Source: Planctomycetota bacterium
Lineage (GTDB): Bacteria > Planctomycetota > UBA1135 > UBA2386
Direction of reading: 5' to 3'
NCBI GenBank assembly: GCA_965223545.1
Contig: OZ245006.1
Coordinates: 2,048,001 to 2,112,000, forward strand
Length of the DNA stretch: 64,000 nucleotides
Position 1 is the stretch's first letter; every line of letters starts with the position of its first letter. Made by a program: the position numbers and the translations under genes. This document shows positions 47,555-57,599 of this stretch, piece after piece. Under the pieces are notes generated by a model. The model was not told where the DNA came from, did no database searches, and worked only from the letters and a program-made list of their open reading frames with translations.

Positions 47555-49507
47555 ATGCGAACCACCCTGCCCCTCGTCCTGCTCTGCATCGGTGCCAACG
47601 CCCAATCGGTGCGCCCGTTGGTCGAAGACCTCGTCGTCCACGCCGCCAGCACCCCGCCGCGCGTCGACTTCACGCTGTCATGGCCGAACGGGTGGCACAC
47701 GGCGCGCAACCACGACGCCGCGTGGTTGCTGCTCCGCGGCCCCGACGCACGCCGCGCTCCACTGCGGCTGAACCCGGCCGGGCACGATGCGCACGGCGGC
47801 ACCGTGCCCGCCGCCATCACCCCCAGCGACGACGGGGTGGGCGCGTTCATCGCCCCCGCCGCCCCCCACCGCGGCGCGGTCCGCTGGCGCGTCTCGCTCG
47901 CGCTCGCCGAGGCCCCACCCAGCGAGGTGCACGCGTGGGCGGTGGGCATGGTCTTCATCCCACCCGGCGGCTACGAGCTCGGCGACGACGACCCGCTCGC
48001 CGTCCGCTTCGGCGCGTTCTACCGCCGCGCCGAGGACGGCACCCCGGCCGGCCCGATCCGCGTCGCGTCCGAGGCTGCACTCGACATCGCCGAGCGCTCG
48101 GGCGCGCTGTGGTACGAGACCGATCGGCACGGCTACCGGGGCGACCGCGGCGGCCCTCTGCCGGCGGCGTGGCCCAAGGGCACGGCCGCGTTCTACGTGA
48201 TGAAGCACGAGCTCGCGCACGGTGCCTACGCCGCGTTCCTCGACGCGCTGCCGGAGGAGTGGGCCAGCCTGCGCGCGCCGTTGCAGCTCGACGGCGAGGA
48301 GACCGAGACGTGCAGCATCCGACGGACCGAGGCCGGGTTCGTCGCCGCGGCGCCCGAGCGGCCGTGCAACTTCGTCAGCTGGGACGACACCTGTGCTCTG
48401 TACGATTGGCTGGCCCTGCGCCCATGGACCGAGCTCGAGTACGAGAAGGCAGCGCGCGGGCCGCACCGGCCGGTGGCCGGCGACTACCCGTGGGGTACCG
48501 CATCGACCGACGCGCTGCGCCGGCGGGTGACGTCGACTCGCGACCTCGAAGCCTCCGGCGCGACCGCCGAAAGCGCTCTCGACGAGACCACGACCGCCGA
48601 GCTGGGCGCGTCCCACTACTGGGTCATGGACCTGTCCGGCAGCTTGTGGGAACGCGTCGTCAGCGCCGGACACGAGCGCGGCCGCGCCTTCGCGGGCTCG
48701 CACGGCGACGGCGTCCTGGACGAGAACGCTCGCGCCACCAACTCCGACTGGCCGCACACCGAGGGCGCCGACGCTCCGGGCATGGGCTACCGCGGTGGCG
48801 CCGAGTACTTTGCACAGCCGCGCGACAACGACCCCACCAACCCCTACAGCCCGGTGGCGGTCCGCACGTACGCCGGCTGGGGCGGTGCCCAGCGCTACAA
48901 GACCTACAGCGCGCGCGCGGCGCGGACCGCGCCGACCGCAACCGGGCGGGAACGGCCGAGTCCCGAGGAAGCCGCCGCGCTGCGCACCGAGCTCTTGCAG
49001 CGCAAGAAACGCGACCAGGCAGTGCGCTCGGTCGACTTCTCCGCTCTCTCCGTCGACCGCTACGGTTGGCCGTCGGCGGAGTGGCTCGGGGACGAGGCGG
49101 CGGGCGCCGCGTTCTTGCTGGTGCAGCACGCCGACCAACAGCCGGAGTTCCAGGCGCGCTGCCTGCCGATGCTGGCCGCCGCCGCCGCTCGCGGCGAGGC
49201 GTCGCCGAGCGCGGTCGCCTATCTCACCGACCGGGTACGGGTGTCTCAGCAACGACCACAGCTCTACGGCACCCAGTACCACGCCGCCGAGAACGACGCC
49301 GGCGTCGCGATCGCAGGCGATGACGGCCGCGTGCTCTACTTGACGCCGGTGGTCGAAGACACGGCCAGCTTGGACGACCGCCGCCGCGCAATGGGGCTGG
49401 GTCCCTGGCAGGAGTACGAAGAGCGCATGGCCCGGCTGCACGGCCGCGCGCAGGCCGCGCCGCGCGCGTGGGACGGCGCCCTGCCAGTGCGTGCCAGCCA
49501 ACGGTAG
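47555..49507 (+). CDS. secreted SUMF1/FGE-family protein fused to a DUF6624-like domain
   Basis: MVFIPPG, LRPWTELEYEKAARG, MDLSGSLWE and YRGG; C-terminal DQAVR...YGWP...LLVQHAD...YLTDRV...QLYGTQ. Confidence 0.85.
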   Translation: MRTTLPLVLLCIGANAQSVRPLVEDLVVHAASTPPRVDFTLSWPNGWHTARNHDAAWLLLRGPDARRAPLRLNPAGHDAHGGTVPAAITPSDDGVGAFIAPAAPHRGAVRWRVSLALAEAPPSEVHAWAVGMVFIPPGGYELGDDDPLAVRFGAFYRRAEDGTPAGPIRVASEAALDIAERSGALWYETDRHGYRGDRGGPLPAAWPKGTAAFYVMKHELAHGAYAAFLDALPEEWASLRAPLQLDGEETETCSIRRTEAGFVAAAPERPCNFVSWDDTCALYDWLALRPWTELEYEKAARGPHRPVAGDYPWGTASTDALRRRVTSTRDLEASGATAESALDETTTAELGASHYWVMDLSGSLWERVVSAGHERGRAFAGSHGDGVLDENARATNSDWPHTEGADAPGMGYRGGAEYFAQPRDNDPTNPYSPVAVRTYAGWGGAQRYKTYSARAARTAPTATGRERPSPEEAAALRTELLQRKKRDQAVRSVDFSALSVDRYGWPSAEWLGDEAAGAAFLLVQHADQQPEFQARCLPMLAAAAARGEASPSAVAYLTDRVRVSQQRPQLYGTQYHAAENDAGVAIAGDDGRVLYLTPVVEDTASLDDRRRAMGLGPWQEYEERMARLHGRAQAAPRAWDGALPVRASQR

Positions 49508-49596
49508 CGGCGCGCCGAAATCTGGTTCGACGGGCGCCGGCGCGCTAGTGTGCCGCCTTCCGACCCTTCGCGCTCGCACCTTCTCCTGCCGCGCCC

Positions 49597-52500
49597 ATGA
49601 CCTTCGATCCCGTCGACCAAGCGGTCCCCGACTTTCCCGCGCTCGAGCGCGACGTGCTCGCGCTGTGGAAGGAACGCGACGTGTTCGCCCGCAGCCTGAC
49701 CCAAACCGCGAACGGTCCCGAGTTCGTGTTCTACGAAGGGCCGCCCACGGCCAATGGCCTGCCGCACAACGGTCACGTGCTGACGCGCGTCGTCAAGGAC
49801 CTGTATCCCCGCTACCACACGATGCGGGGCTGCCACGTGGAACGGCGCGCTGGCTGGGACACACACGGTCTGCCGGTCGAGGTCGAAGTCGAGAAGGAGC
49901 TGCGCATCTCGGGCAAGCAGGCGATCGTCGACTACGGCGTCGACCGCTTCGCGCAAGCGTGCCTGGCGTCCGTGTTCCGCTACACCAACGAATGGGAGCA
50001 CCTGACCGAGCGCATCGGCTTCTGGGTCGACCTCGACCAGGCCTATGTGACCTTCCACAAGAGCTACGTCGAATCGGTGTGGTGGGCGCTCAGCCGCCTG
50101 TTCGAGAAGGGCCTGCTCTACAAGGGTCACAAGGTGGTGTGGTGGTGGGCGCAAGGGGGCACCGCGCTGTCGGCCGGCGAGGTCGGCAACTCGTACCGCA
50201 CTGTGGACGACCCCTCGGTCTACGTGCGGCTGCCGCTGGCCGACGAGGACGCCTCGCTCGTGGTCTGGACCACGACGCCGTGGACGCTGCCGTCGAACAT
50301 GTTCGCGGCGGTCCACCCCGAGTTCGACTACGCCTACGCGCGCGACGAAGACGGCACCGTCCTGGTGCTCGCCGAGGCGCTGGTGCCGGCGCTGAGCGAC
50401 AAGCTCGGGCGCAGCTTGTCCATCGAGCGCACGGTGAAGGGGAGCGCACTGCTCGGCAAGCGCTACACCCCACCGTTCGACTGCTTCGCCGCGGGGCTCG
50501 AGCAAGCGGAGGCAGAGCGCTATTGGCGGGTCGTCGCCGGCAACCGCGCCGCCTCGGGCAAGCCGCAGTGGTTCGTCACGCTGGAATCGGGCACCGGCAT
50601 CGTGCACATGGCGCCGGCGTTCGGCGAAGACGACTTCAAGGCATGGCAAAACGAGCAGCGTGCGCACGGTGAGCTGCAGCTGTTCTGCGCGGTGCGCAGC
50701 GACGGGACGTTCGACCAGCGGTTGGCGGAGCTCGGACTCGAAGGCACCTGGGTCAAGGACGGCGACAAGCGGCTGATCACCGACCTGCGCCAACGCGGCA
50801 TCCTGCTGCACTCCGAGCGCTACCGCCACGAGTACCCGTTCTGTTGGCGTTCCGACGACGACCCGCTGATCCAGATGGCGCGCAGCGCGTGGTTCATCCG
50901 CACCACCGCGGAGATCGACGCCGTGATCGCCAACAATCAGCTGGTGACCTGGGCGCCCGAACACATCAAGGACGGCCGCTTCGGCGCGTTCCTCGCCGGC
51001 AACGTCGACTGGGCGCTGTCGCGCGAGCGGTTCTGGGGCACCCCGCTCAACGTCTGGGAGTGCGAGCAGTGCGACCACACCATCGCGCCGGCCTCGTGCG
51101 CCGAGATCGAGACGCGCAACCCTCGAGCGTTCGCCGCGTTCGCCGAAGCGCGGCAAGAGAACCCGGAGCTGTCCGAGCACCTCGTCGTGCACAAGCCGTG
51201 GATCGACGAGGTCACGCTGCCCTGCGAGCGCTGCGGCGCGACCATGCGGCGCGTGCCCGAGGTCATCGACTGCTGGTTCGACTCGGGCTGCATGCCGTTC
51301 GCGCAGCTCGGCTACCCGCACGTGCCCGGCAGCCAGGGCGCGTTCGAACGCGCGTTTCCGGCGGACTTCATCAGCGAGGCCATCGACCAGACCCGCGGCT
51401 GGTTCTACTCGCTGATGATGATCAGCAACCTGGTCTTCGACCACGCGGCGCCGCACCCGTACCGCCGCTGCATCGTGCTCGGCCACGTCCTCGACAAAGC
51501 CGGCAAGAAGGAGTCCAAGTCGTCGGGCAACTACACGCCGCCCGAAGTGATCCTCGACGCGGTGCAGATGGAGTTCGCGCCGGTGAGCCTCGACGCCAGC
51601 TACGCGCACGGCCTCGAGGCGCCGCCGGCGGGAACCGCTTGGATCGGCCGCGCCGACCTCGAAGGTCTGGATCTCAACGATGGTGCGGCGGCGACGCTCC
51701 GCGGCGCCGGCGGCGCACCTCGACGAGTGCAGCTGCGGGTCCAGAAGTCGCTGCCCCGCCGCGTCGTGATCCTCGCCGACGACGACCGCGAGGCCCTGGC
51801 GCTGCAGCACGGCCCCGCCGACGTGATGCCGGTCGAGGTGCCCAACCTGCCCGCCGACCAGCGCGTGATGGTGACCGCGGACGGCGTGCGGGCGCCGGGA
51901 GCCGACGCATTCCGCTGGTTCTTCTTCGCCTCCAACCCGCCGTGGAACAACACGCGGCACTCGCTGTCCAACGTGCGCGCGTTGCAGCGGGAGCTGCCGA
52001 TCAAGCTGCGCAACGTCTACGCGTTCTTCATCACCTACGCCAACATCGATCGCTTCGATCCCGTCGCCGACGCGAGCAGCCGACGGCCGGTGGCGCAGCG
52101 CGCCCTGCTCGACCGCTGGGTGCGCGCCGAGCTGGAGCGCACCGTCGGCGCCGTCGTCGCGGCGATGGACGACTACAAAAGCTACGAGGCGGCGCAAGAG
52201 CTGTCGGCGTTCGTCGAGGGGCTGTCCAACTGGTACGTGCGTCGTTCGCGACCGCGGTTTTGGAGCGAGGGCCGCGCCCAGGACAAGCTCGACGCCTACT
52301 GGACCCTCTACGAGTGCCTGACCACGCTGTGCACGACGCTGGCGCCGTTCCTGCCGTTCGCCACCGAGGACATGTACCAAAACCTGGTGGTGCGCCACGA
52401 CGAGGGTGCACCGGACAGCGTGCACCTGGCGCCCTTTCCCGCGCCGGACACGAACCTCATCGAGACCGACCTCGTCGAGGAGATGCGCTCCGTGCGTGCA

Positions 52501-53220
52501 CTCGTGTCGCTCGGCTTACAGGTGCGGGCGACCAACAAGCTGAAGACGCGCCAGCCGTTGCGCCGCGCGACGGTCGTGCTGTCGGACCCGAGCCTGACCG
52601 CGGCGCTGCAACCGCACAGCGACATGATGCGCGAGGAGCTCAACGTGCTCGAGCTCGAGTTTGCCGAGGACGCCGGCGCGTTCGTCCACTACATCGTCAA
52701 GCCCAACTTCCCCGCTCTCGGCAAGCGGCTCGGACCGCGCATGAAGGCGGCGCAGAAGGCGATCACAACCGCCGACCCGGCCCACCTGGTCGGCGCGCTC
52801 GACCGGCACGGCAGCGTCGAGGTCGACGTCGACGGCGAAGCGCTGGCCTTCGACCGCACCGAGCTGGTCGTTCAGGTGGAGGCGCGGGACGGCTACGCGG
52901 CCGCCAGCGACGCGGTCGGGGTCGTGGTCCTCGACACCAAGCTGGACCAGGATCTGCTCGACGAGGGTCTGTTCCGCGAGGTGTTGTCGCGCATCCAAGC
53001 CCGCCGCAAAGAGCTCCAGCTCGACTACGCCGCCCGGATCCGGCTGTCGATCGACGGCAGCGAGCGTGTCCTCGGCGTCTGTCGAGCGCGGCAGGAGGTC
53101 CTGCAGCGCGAGACGTTGAGCGTGGAGCTGCGCTTTGGGAACGCCCCGGAGGAGACCGCCGAGACCGCCGCCGACGGCGAGGCGCTGCGCCTGGCGGTCG
53201 AGGAGGTCCAGCAACCGTGA
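49597..53220 (+). CDS. ileS: isoleucine--tRNA ligase (type 2)
   Basis: FYEGPPTANGLPHNGH, GWDTHGLPVE, WTTTPWTLPSN, DWALSRERFWG, EAIDQTRGWF, KESKS and SNWYVRRSR; no C-terminal zinc finger. Confidence 0.97.
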   Translation: MTFDPVDQAVPDFPALERDVLALWKERDVFARSLTQTANGPEFVFYEGPPTANGLPHNGHVLTRVVKDLYPRYHTMRGCHVERRAGWDTHGLPVEVEVEKELRISGKQAIVDYGVDRFAQACLASVFRYTNEWEHLTERIGFWVDLDQAYVTFHKSYVESVWWALSRLFEKGLLYKGHKVVWWWAQGGTALSAGEVGNSYRTVDDPSVYVRLPLADEDASLVVWTTTPWTLPSNMFAAVHPEFDYAYARDEDGTVLVLAEALVPALSDKLGRSLSIERTVKGSALLGKRYTPPFDCFAAGLEQAEAERYWRVVAGNRAASGKPQWFVTLESGTGIVHMAPAFGEDDFKAWQNEQRAHGELQLFCAVRSDGTFDQRLAELGLEGTWVKDGDKRLITDLRQRGILLHSERYRHEYPFCWRSDDDPLIQMARSAWFIRTTAEIDAVIANNQLVTWAPEHIKDGRFGAFLAGNVDWALSRERFWGTPLNVWECEQCDHTIAPASCAEIETRNPRAFAAFAEARQENPELSEHLVVHKPWIDEVTLPCERCGATMRRVPEVIDCWFDSGCMPFAQLGYPHVPGSQGAFERAFPADFISEAIDQTRGWFYSLMMISNLVFDHAAPHPYRRCIVLGHVLDKAGKKESKSSGNYTPPEVILDAVQMEFAPVSLDASYAHGLEAPPAGTAWIGRADLEGLDLNDGAAATLRGAGGAPRRVQLRVQKSLPRRVVILADDDREALALQHGPADVMPVEVPNLPADQRVMVTADGVRAPGADAFRWFFFASNPPWNNTRHSLSNVRALQRELPIKLRNVYAFFITYANIDRFDPVADASSRRPVAQRALLDRWVRAELERTVGAVVAAMDDYKSYEAAQELSAFVEGLSNWYVRRSRPRFWSEGRAQDKLDAYWTLYECLTTLCTTLAPFLPFATEDMYQNLVVRHDEGAPDSVHLAPFPAPDTNLIETDLVEEMRSVRALVSLGLQVRATNKLKTRQPLRRATVVLSDPSLTAALQPHSDMMREELNVLELEFAEDAGAFVHYIVKPNFPALGKRLGPRMKAAQKAITTADPAHLVGALDRHGSVEVDVDGEALAFDRTELVVQVEARDGYAAASDAVGVVVLDTKLDQDLLDEGLFREVLSRIQARRKELQLDYAARIRLSIDGSERVLGVCRARQEVLQRETLSVELRFGNAPEETAETAADGEALRLAVEEVQQP

Positions 53221-53290
53221 CCCGCCCCCACCGGCCGGGGAGGAGCGCGGATTTCCCGAGTACCGGGGTCACCGCTTCGAAGGAGGCCGC

Positions 53291-53677
53291 GTGCGCCGCC
53301 TGTTGAGATTGTTGCTGCTGCCGCCGATCGCCGCGGCGTTCCTCGGCTTCGGCTCCATCCACCAGGAGCGCTGGACCTCCGAGAGCGGCGAGACCACTCA
53401 GATCGTCGAGGTCGGCGCGCCCTCCCCCTGGCTGACCTTCCAGCAAATCTCGACGCACGACGGCGAGGGGGGCTTCTTCGAAGCCATCGTCGATTCGGCG
53501 CGCGCCGCGGCTCGGGACGCCACCGCCAACTCGGAAGAAGGCGGCACGGCGGAGCTGACTTATCGCCGCAACACCCGGTGGAGCTGGGACTTCCTGTCGT
53601 GGTCGATGCTCGCCGGGGCGATCTTCCTCGGCCTGAGCCTGATGTACGCACGGCTCGGACGGCCGGCGAAGCGCTGA
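53291..53677 (+). CDS. small membrane protein (two hydrophobic segments)
   Basis: AGGAGG RBS at 53281, GTG 53291; hydrophobic N- and C-termini. Confidence 0.7.
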   Translation: MRRLLRLLLLPPIAAAFLGFGSIHQERWTSESGETTQIVEVGAPSPWLTFQQISTHDGEGGFFEAIVDSARAAARDATANSEEGGTAELTYRRNTRWSWDFLSWSMLAGAIFLGLSLMYARLGRPAKR

Positions 53678-53752
53678 CCGGCGCGGCGGCGCCGCACAGT
53701 TTTCTCGGAGGTGCCCCCTCCGGTCGGCGCCTCGTCTTGCGCCGACTGAAAC

Positions 53753-54322
53753 GTGGCGCAGCAGCGAACCGAGCGCGACCGATCCCGTGATCTGAACTTG
53801 GCCGGCGCCGCCCGGCGGGGATGCCCGACGGCGTTGCGCGCGCTCAGTCGGCGCTTGGCGTGCGTGACCGACTTCCTGCGCGCCCACAATGCCCGCCTCG
53901 GCGCTCCGCTCGACGAGCACGACCTGGCCGACCTGGCCCAGGACACCACCGTGATCGTGCTGGACAAGCTGGAATCGTACGCGGGGCGCGCACCACTGGA
54001 GGGCTGGGTGTACGGCGTGTGCACGATCGAGTTCCGCAGCTACCTGCGGCGGCAGCGGCGGCGACCGCTGCTTCTCGACCCGCTCCCCATCCCGGCAGTC
54101 GACCCCGCCGCGGTCGAACGCCGCGAGCTGCGCTCGGTGCTGCGCAGAGCACTGCGCCGACTCGGCGGAGTGGAGGCCGACACGATCGAGCTCAAGCACT
54201 TCGACCACATGACGTTCGACCAGATGGCCAGACGCACCGGGACGTCGACGAACACTTTGAAGACGCGCTACTACCGCGGCCTGCACCGCCTCGGCCGCAT
54301 CCTCGCGGGGCAAGTCGGATGA
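53753..54322 (+). CDS. ECF sigma factor
   Basis: DLADLAQDT, YAGRAPLEGWVY, IELKHFDHMTF and NTLKTRYYRGL. Confidence 0.9.
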   Translation: MAQQRTERDRSRDLNLAGAARRGCPTALRALSRRLACVTDFLRAHNARLGAPLDEHDLADLAQDTTVIVLDKLESYAGRAPLEGWVYGVCTIEFRSYLRRQRRRPLLLDPLPIPAVDPAAVERRELRSVLRRALRRLGGVEADTIELKHFDHMTFDQMARRTGTSTNTLKTRYYRGLHRLGRILAGQVG

Positions 54323-54383
54323 CGCCCGCGTGACGGATTTGTGCAACCGCGCCGAGTGCCACGACGCGTGCACTCGGCTCCCG

Positions 54384-56252
54384 ATGTTCCGCTACTCCAT
54401 AGGTCACGCCGTGCTTCGCCGATCTCTCCCCGCCGCCCTGCTCCTCACCACCACCGTACTGACCCCATCACGCGCGCAGATCGCTCCATCGCCGGTGCCC
54501 CCGGGCGTCTGGCAGCCGCGCGAGTTCGCGTTCATCACCGGCGTCACCGGCCAAGGTGGCGCCCGCCTCACCGAGACCACCGCGTCGCCATACAATCCGT
54601 GGCTCGACTGGCGCATGGTCGTGACGCTGACCGGACCGTCGGGCCAAATCTACTTGGCGCACGGCTTCTACGCGGCCGACGGCCGCGGCGGCGACAGCGG
54701 CGACATCTGGAAAGTGCGGTTCTCGCCGGATGAAGCCGGCACCTGGAACGGCTCGATCGCGTTCGAGTACGGCGCCGATCTCAACGTCGCCGATCTCGGC
54801 GTGGCGGGCACGCCGACCGGGATCCACGGTGCCACGTTCTCCTTCTCGGTCACCGCCAACCTGCCGCGCCCCGGGTTTCACGCCACCGGCCCACTGGAGT
54901 ACGTGGGCGAGCACTACCTGCGGTTCCGCAACGGCCGCTACTTCCTCAAGGGCGGCACCGACAGCCCCGAGAACTTCCTCGCCTACTCCGGCTTCGACAA
55001 CCTGCAAGACCAAGGCGGCGATCCTCCGGGAGGCCCCTTCTTGCACGATTACGGGCCGCACATCGGCGACTGGAATGCCGGCGACCCCGACTGGGCCTCG
55101 GGCGGCAACCCCAATGCCGGCCGCGGCATCATCGGCGCCCTCAACTACCTCGCCGATGAGGCCGTCAACTCGATCTACTTCCTGCCGAACAATCTCGGCG
55201 GCGACGGCGAGGATTGCTACCCGTTCGTCTCGGCGGGCGGCACCACCACCGACAACACCCATTACGACGTCGGACGGATGGAGCAGTGGAACGTCGTCTT
55301 CACCCACGCGCAGCGCAAGGGCATCCTGCTGCACTTCGTGCTGGCGGAGCAGGAGTTCGAGAACACCACGTGGTTCGGTGGCACGGCGCTCAACACCGAA
55401 CGCAAGCTGTTCTTCAAGCTTCTCGCCTCCATGTTCAGCCACCACATGGCGATCAAGTGGAACTTCTGCGAGGAGAACAGCGCCGCCGGCGGCGACGAGT
55501 TCAGCGTCGCCGAGCTACAGGCCTTCGCCGACTACCTCGGCTCGTGGACCACTTGGGCACACCCCATGGCCGTCCATATCGATCCCAACGACCTCACGCT
55601 GTATACGCAGATCGAGCAAGCCGGCGGCACTTGGCTCACCGCCACTTCGCTGCAGCTGCACCACAGCTACGGCGCCGACGTCGAAGCAGCGCGAGCGATC
55701 TTTGCACCGCGCAAGGTGATCATCGACCAGGACGAACAAGGTCCGCCGGGGACAGGCCTGACCGACACCAACCACGACAACCGCCGTCGCGACATCCTGT
55801 GGGACGTCTATCTGTCGGGCGCCAACATCGAGTGGTACTTCGGCTACCACCCGCTGCCGCTCGGCGGCGACCTGCGCACCGAGGACTTTCGCACCCGCGA
55901 CGACATGTGGCGCTTCATGCGCTACGCGCGCAAGCTGATCGAGTCGTTCGAGTTCTGGAACATGGAGCCACACGACAACCTGCTGAGTGGCGAGGACCAG
56001 AGCTTCGGCGGCGGCGAAGTGTTCGCCCGGCTGGGCGTCGACTACATCGTCTACTTCCCCAACGCCTCGGCGACCGGAACCCTGGACCTGACGCACACCT
56101 CCCCCGCCAACAGCTACCGCGGCGAGTGGTTCAACCCGCGCGACGGCAGCGCTGGCGGTGGCGTGGTGTTCTCGGGCGGCGGCTCCCATGTCCCCGGCCC
56201 ACCGCCGGCCAATCCAAACCTCGACTGGGTCTACACCGTGCGCGAGCTGTGA
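54384..56252 (+). CDS. secreted DUF5060 / TIM-barrel glycoside-hydrolase-like protein with collagen-binding-like C-terminus
   Basis: GFYAADG...WKVRFSPDEAGTW, FLKGGTDSPENFL, WNFCEEN, EWYFG and WFNPRDG. Confidence 0.85.
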   Translation: MFRYSIGHAVLRRSLPAALLLTTTVLTPSRAQIAPSPVPPGVWQPREFAFITGVTGQGGARLTETTASPYNPWLDWRMVVTLTGPSGQIYLAHGFYAADGRGGDSGDIWKVRFSPDEAGTWNGSIAFEYGADLNVADLGVAGTPTGIHGATFSFSVTANLPRPGFHATGPLEYVGEHYLRFRNGRYFLKGGTDSPENFLAYSGFDNLQDQGGDPPGGPFLHDYGPHIGDWNAGDPDWASGGNPNAGRGIIGALNYLADEAVNSIYFLPNNLGGDGEDCYPFVSAGGTTTDNTHYDVGRMEQWNVVFTHAQRKGILLHFVLAEQEFENTTWFGGTALNTERKLFFKLLASMFSHHMAIKWNFCEENSAAGGDEFSVAELQAFADYLGSWTTWAHPMAVHIDPNDLTLYTQIEQAGGTWLTATSLQLHHSYGADVEAARAIFAPRKVIIDQDEQGPPGTGLTDTNHDNRRRDILWDVYLSGANIEWYFGYHPLPLGGDLRTEDFRTRDDMWRFMRYARKLIESFEFWNMEPHDNLLSGEDQSFGGGEVFARLGVDYIVYFPNASATGTLDLTHTSPANSYRGEWFNPRDGSAGGGVVFSGGGSHVPGPPPANPNLDWVYTVREL

Positions 56253-56854
56253 CCGGCGGCGAGGGCACCGTCCATTGAGCGCCCGTCGAACCAGCGCGCC
56301 AACGCCGAGGACAGCTCGTAGCTCTCGCCTCCGTCGGTGCTGACCAGCGCCGCGTGCGCACCGAGCGCTGCGCAAAAGGCGGCTCCGTCCGGCTCCGGCC
56401 ACGCGGGCTCGCCGCGGTGGTCGGCCGCACAAGCGGCCCGGTCGCTGGTGTGCCAGCCGCGGCACGCGATCGGTCGGGCCTCGTACACCGAGCAACGGTC
56501 GGCGGCATCGAGCAGGACACAGCGCTGGCGCGCGGCGGCCAGGCGCCGCCAGCCGTCGCGCTCCGCTTCCGCGCCCCGCCGGCGCAGCTGCGCGCGCCAG
56601 GCGGGCGTGGCGCGATCACCGAGTGCCTGCCCGAGCCGCTCGACCTCGGACGGCGCCACGCCGACCGGCACGTGGCAGCAATGGGCACAGCCGGCGGCAC
56701 ACGCGCGGTCCGCCCGCGCCGGCGAGGCATCACCGACGTCCTCGGCGGCGGCGGCGGCGACCGCAGCGCGGTCGCACGCCGAGCGATCGCGCAGCCCCCG
56801 CAGCGCTTCGGCCGCGCGCTCCTGCCCGCGGTAGAACCACGTCTGCGGATTCAT
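56231..56854 (-). CDS. YkgJ-family CxxxCxxCC cysteine-cluster protein
   Basis: CAAGCAHCC, CVLL and CSVYEARPIACR. Confidence 0.88.
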   Translation of the reverse strand: MNPQTWFYRGQERAAEALRGLRDRSACDRAAVAAAAAEDVGDASPARADRACAAGCAHCCHVPVGVAPSEVERLGQALGDRATPAWRAQLRRRGAEAERDGWRRLAAARQRCVLLDAADRCSVYEARPIACRGWHTSDRAACAADHRGEPAWPEPDGAAFCAALGAHAALVSTDGGESYELSSALARWFDGRSMDGALAAGHSSRTV

Positions 56855-56876
56855 CAAGACCGCCCGGTGGCGCGGC

Positions 56877-57461
56877 TCACTTCTGCGGGAACTCGCCGTG
56901 CGCGGCGAGCACCTGCTCGGCGCGGTGCACGACCCGCGGATCGGCGAAGATCTCCGCCATGCGGTCCTGCGGGATCTGCAGGCACTGCGCCAAGACGTCG
57001 GCGAGCTGGCCGGTGCTGACGTCGTCGAGCTCCTCGACCTTGTGCCCGGTGCGCTCGTGAATGGCGGCCAGCAGTGGGCGCTTGAGGCGCTCGTCGTCCT
57101 CGTCCGAGCACGGGGCCTCGGCCACCGACTCGATCGACACGCGGCGGTACGGCGCCTCGCTGTCGGCCTCCGCGATCCGCACGCGCTCGACTCCATACAC
57201 CAGGATGGAGAAGCGGCCGTCCGGTAGGCGCTCGTGCCGGACGATCTCGCCGAGGCCGGCCACGGGCAGCACGGCCGGCCGTGCGTCGTCCGGGCCCACC
57301 TCGGCATCGCGGAGGGTGCCGACCACCATTCGCCCGGGCCCGTCCAGCATGTCCTCGACCATCTGCCGGTAGCGCGGCTCGAAGACGTTGAGGGGCATGA
57401 CCTGACCGGGGAACAGAAACACCCCGGGCAACGGGAACAACGGCACGATCTTGGACATCAC
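56877..57461 (-). CDS. stand-alone LON peptidase substrate-binding domain protein
   Basis: PLFPLPGVFLFPG..MPLNVFEPRYRQMV and LPDGRFSI. Confidence 0.92.
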   Translation of the reverse strand: MMSKIVPLFPLPGVFLFPGQVMPLNVFEPRYRQMVEDMLDGPGRMVVGTLRDAEVGPDDARPAVLPVAGLGEIVRHERLPDGRFSILVYGVERVRIAEADSEAPYRRVSIESVAEAPCSDEDDERLKRPLLAAIHERTGHKVEELDDVSTGQLADVLAQCLQIPQDRMAEIFADPRVVHRAEQVLAAHGEFPQK

Positions 57462-57599
57462 ACTGCCCCGTGATTAGGCCGAGATCCGCCCGACTGCAAG
57501 CAGCCAGCCCGGAGGCGCCGAATCGCGGTCCGGCGCCAGCGGGTGGATGAGGCGGCAGAAACCTGGATCAGGACCTGCCGGGGTGCCGCGGCGCGCCGG

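Noticed and set aside
49508..49596. T-box or attenuator upstream of ileS
   Set aside because: Only 89 bp, with no T-box consensus
51559..51897. IleRS insert as an intein
   Set aside because: No N-terminal C/S and no C-terminal HN-C/S/T splice motif
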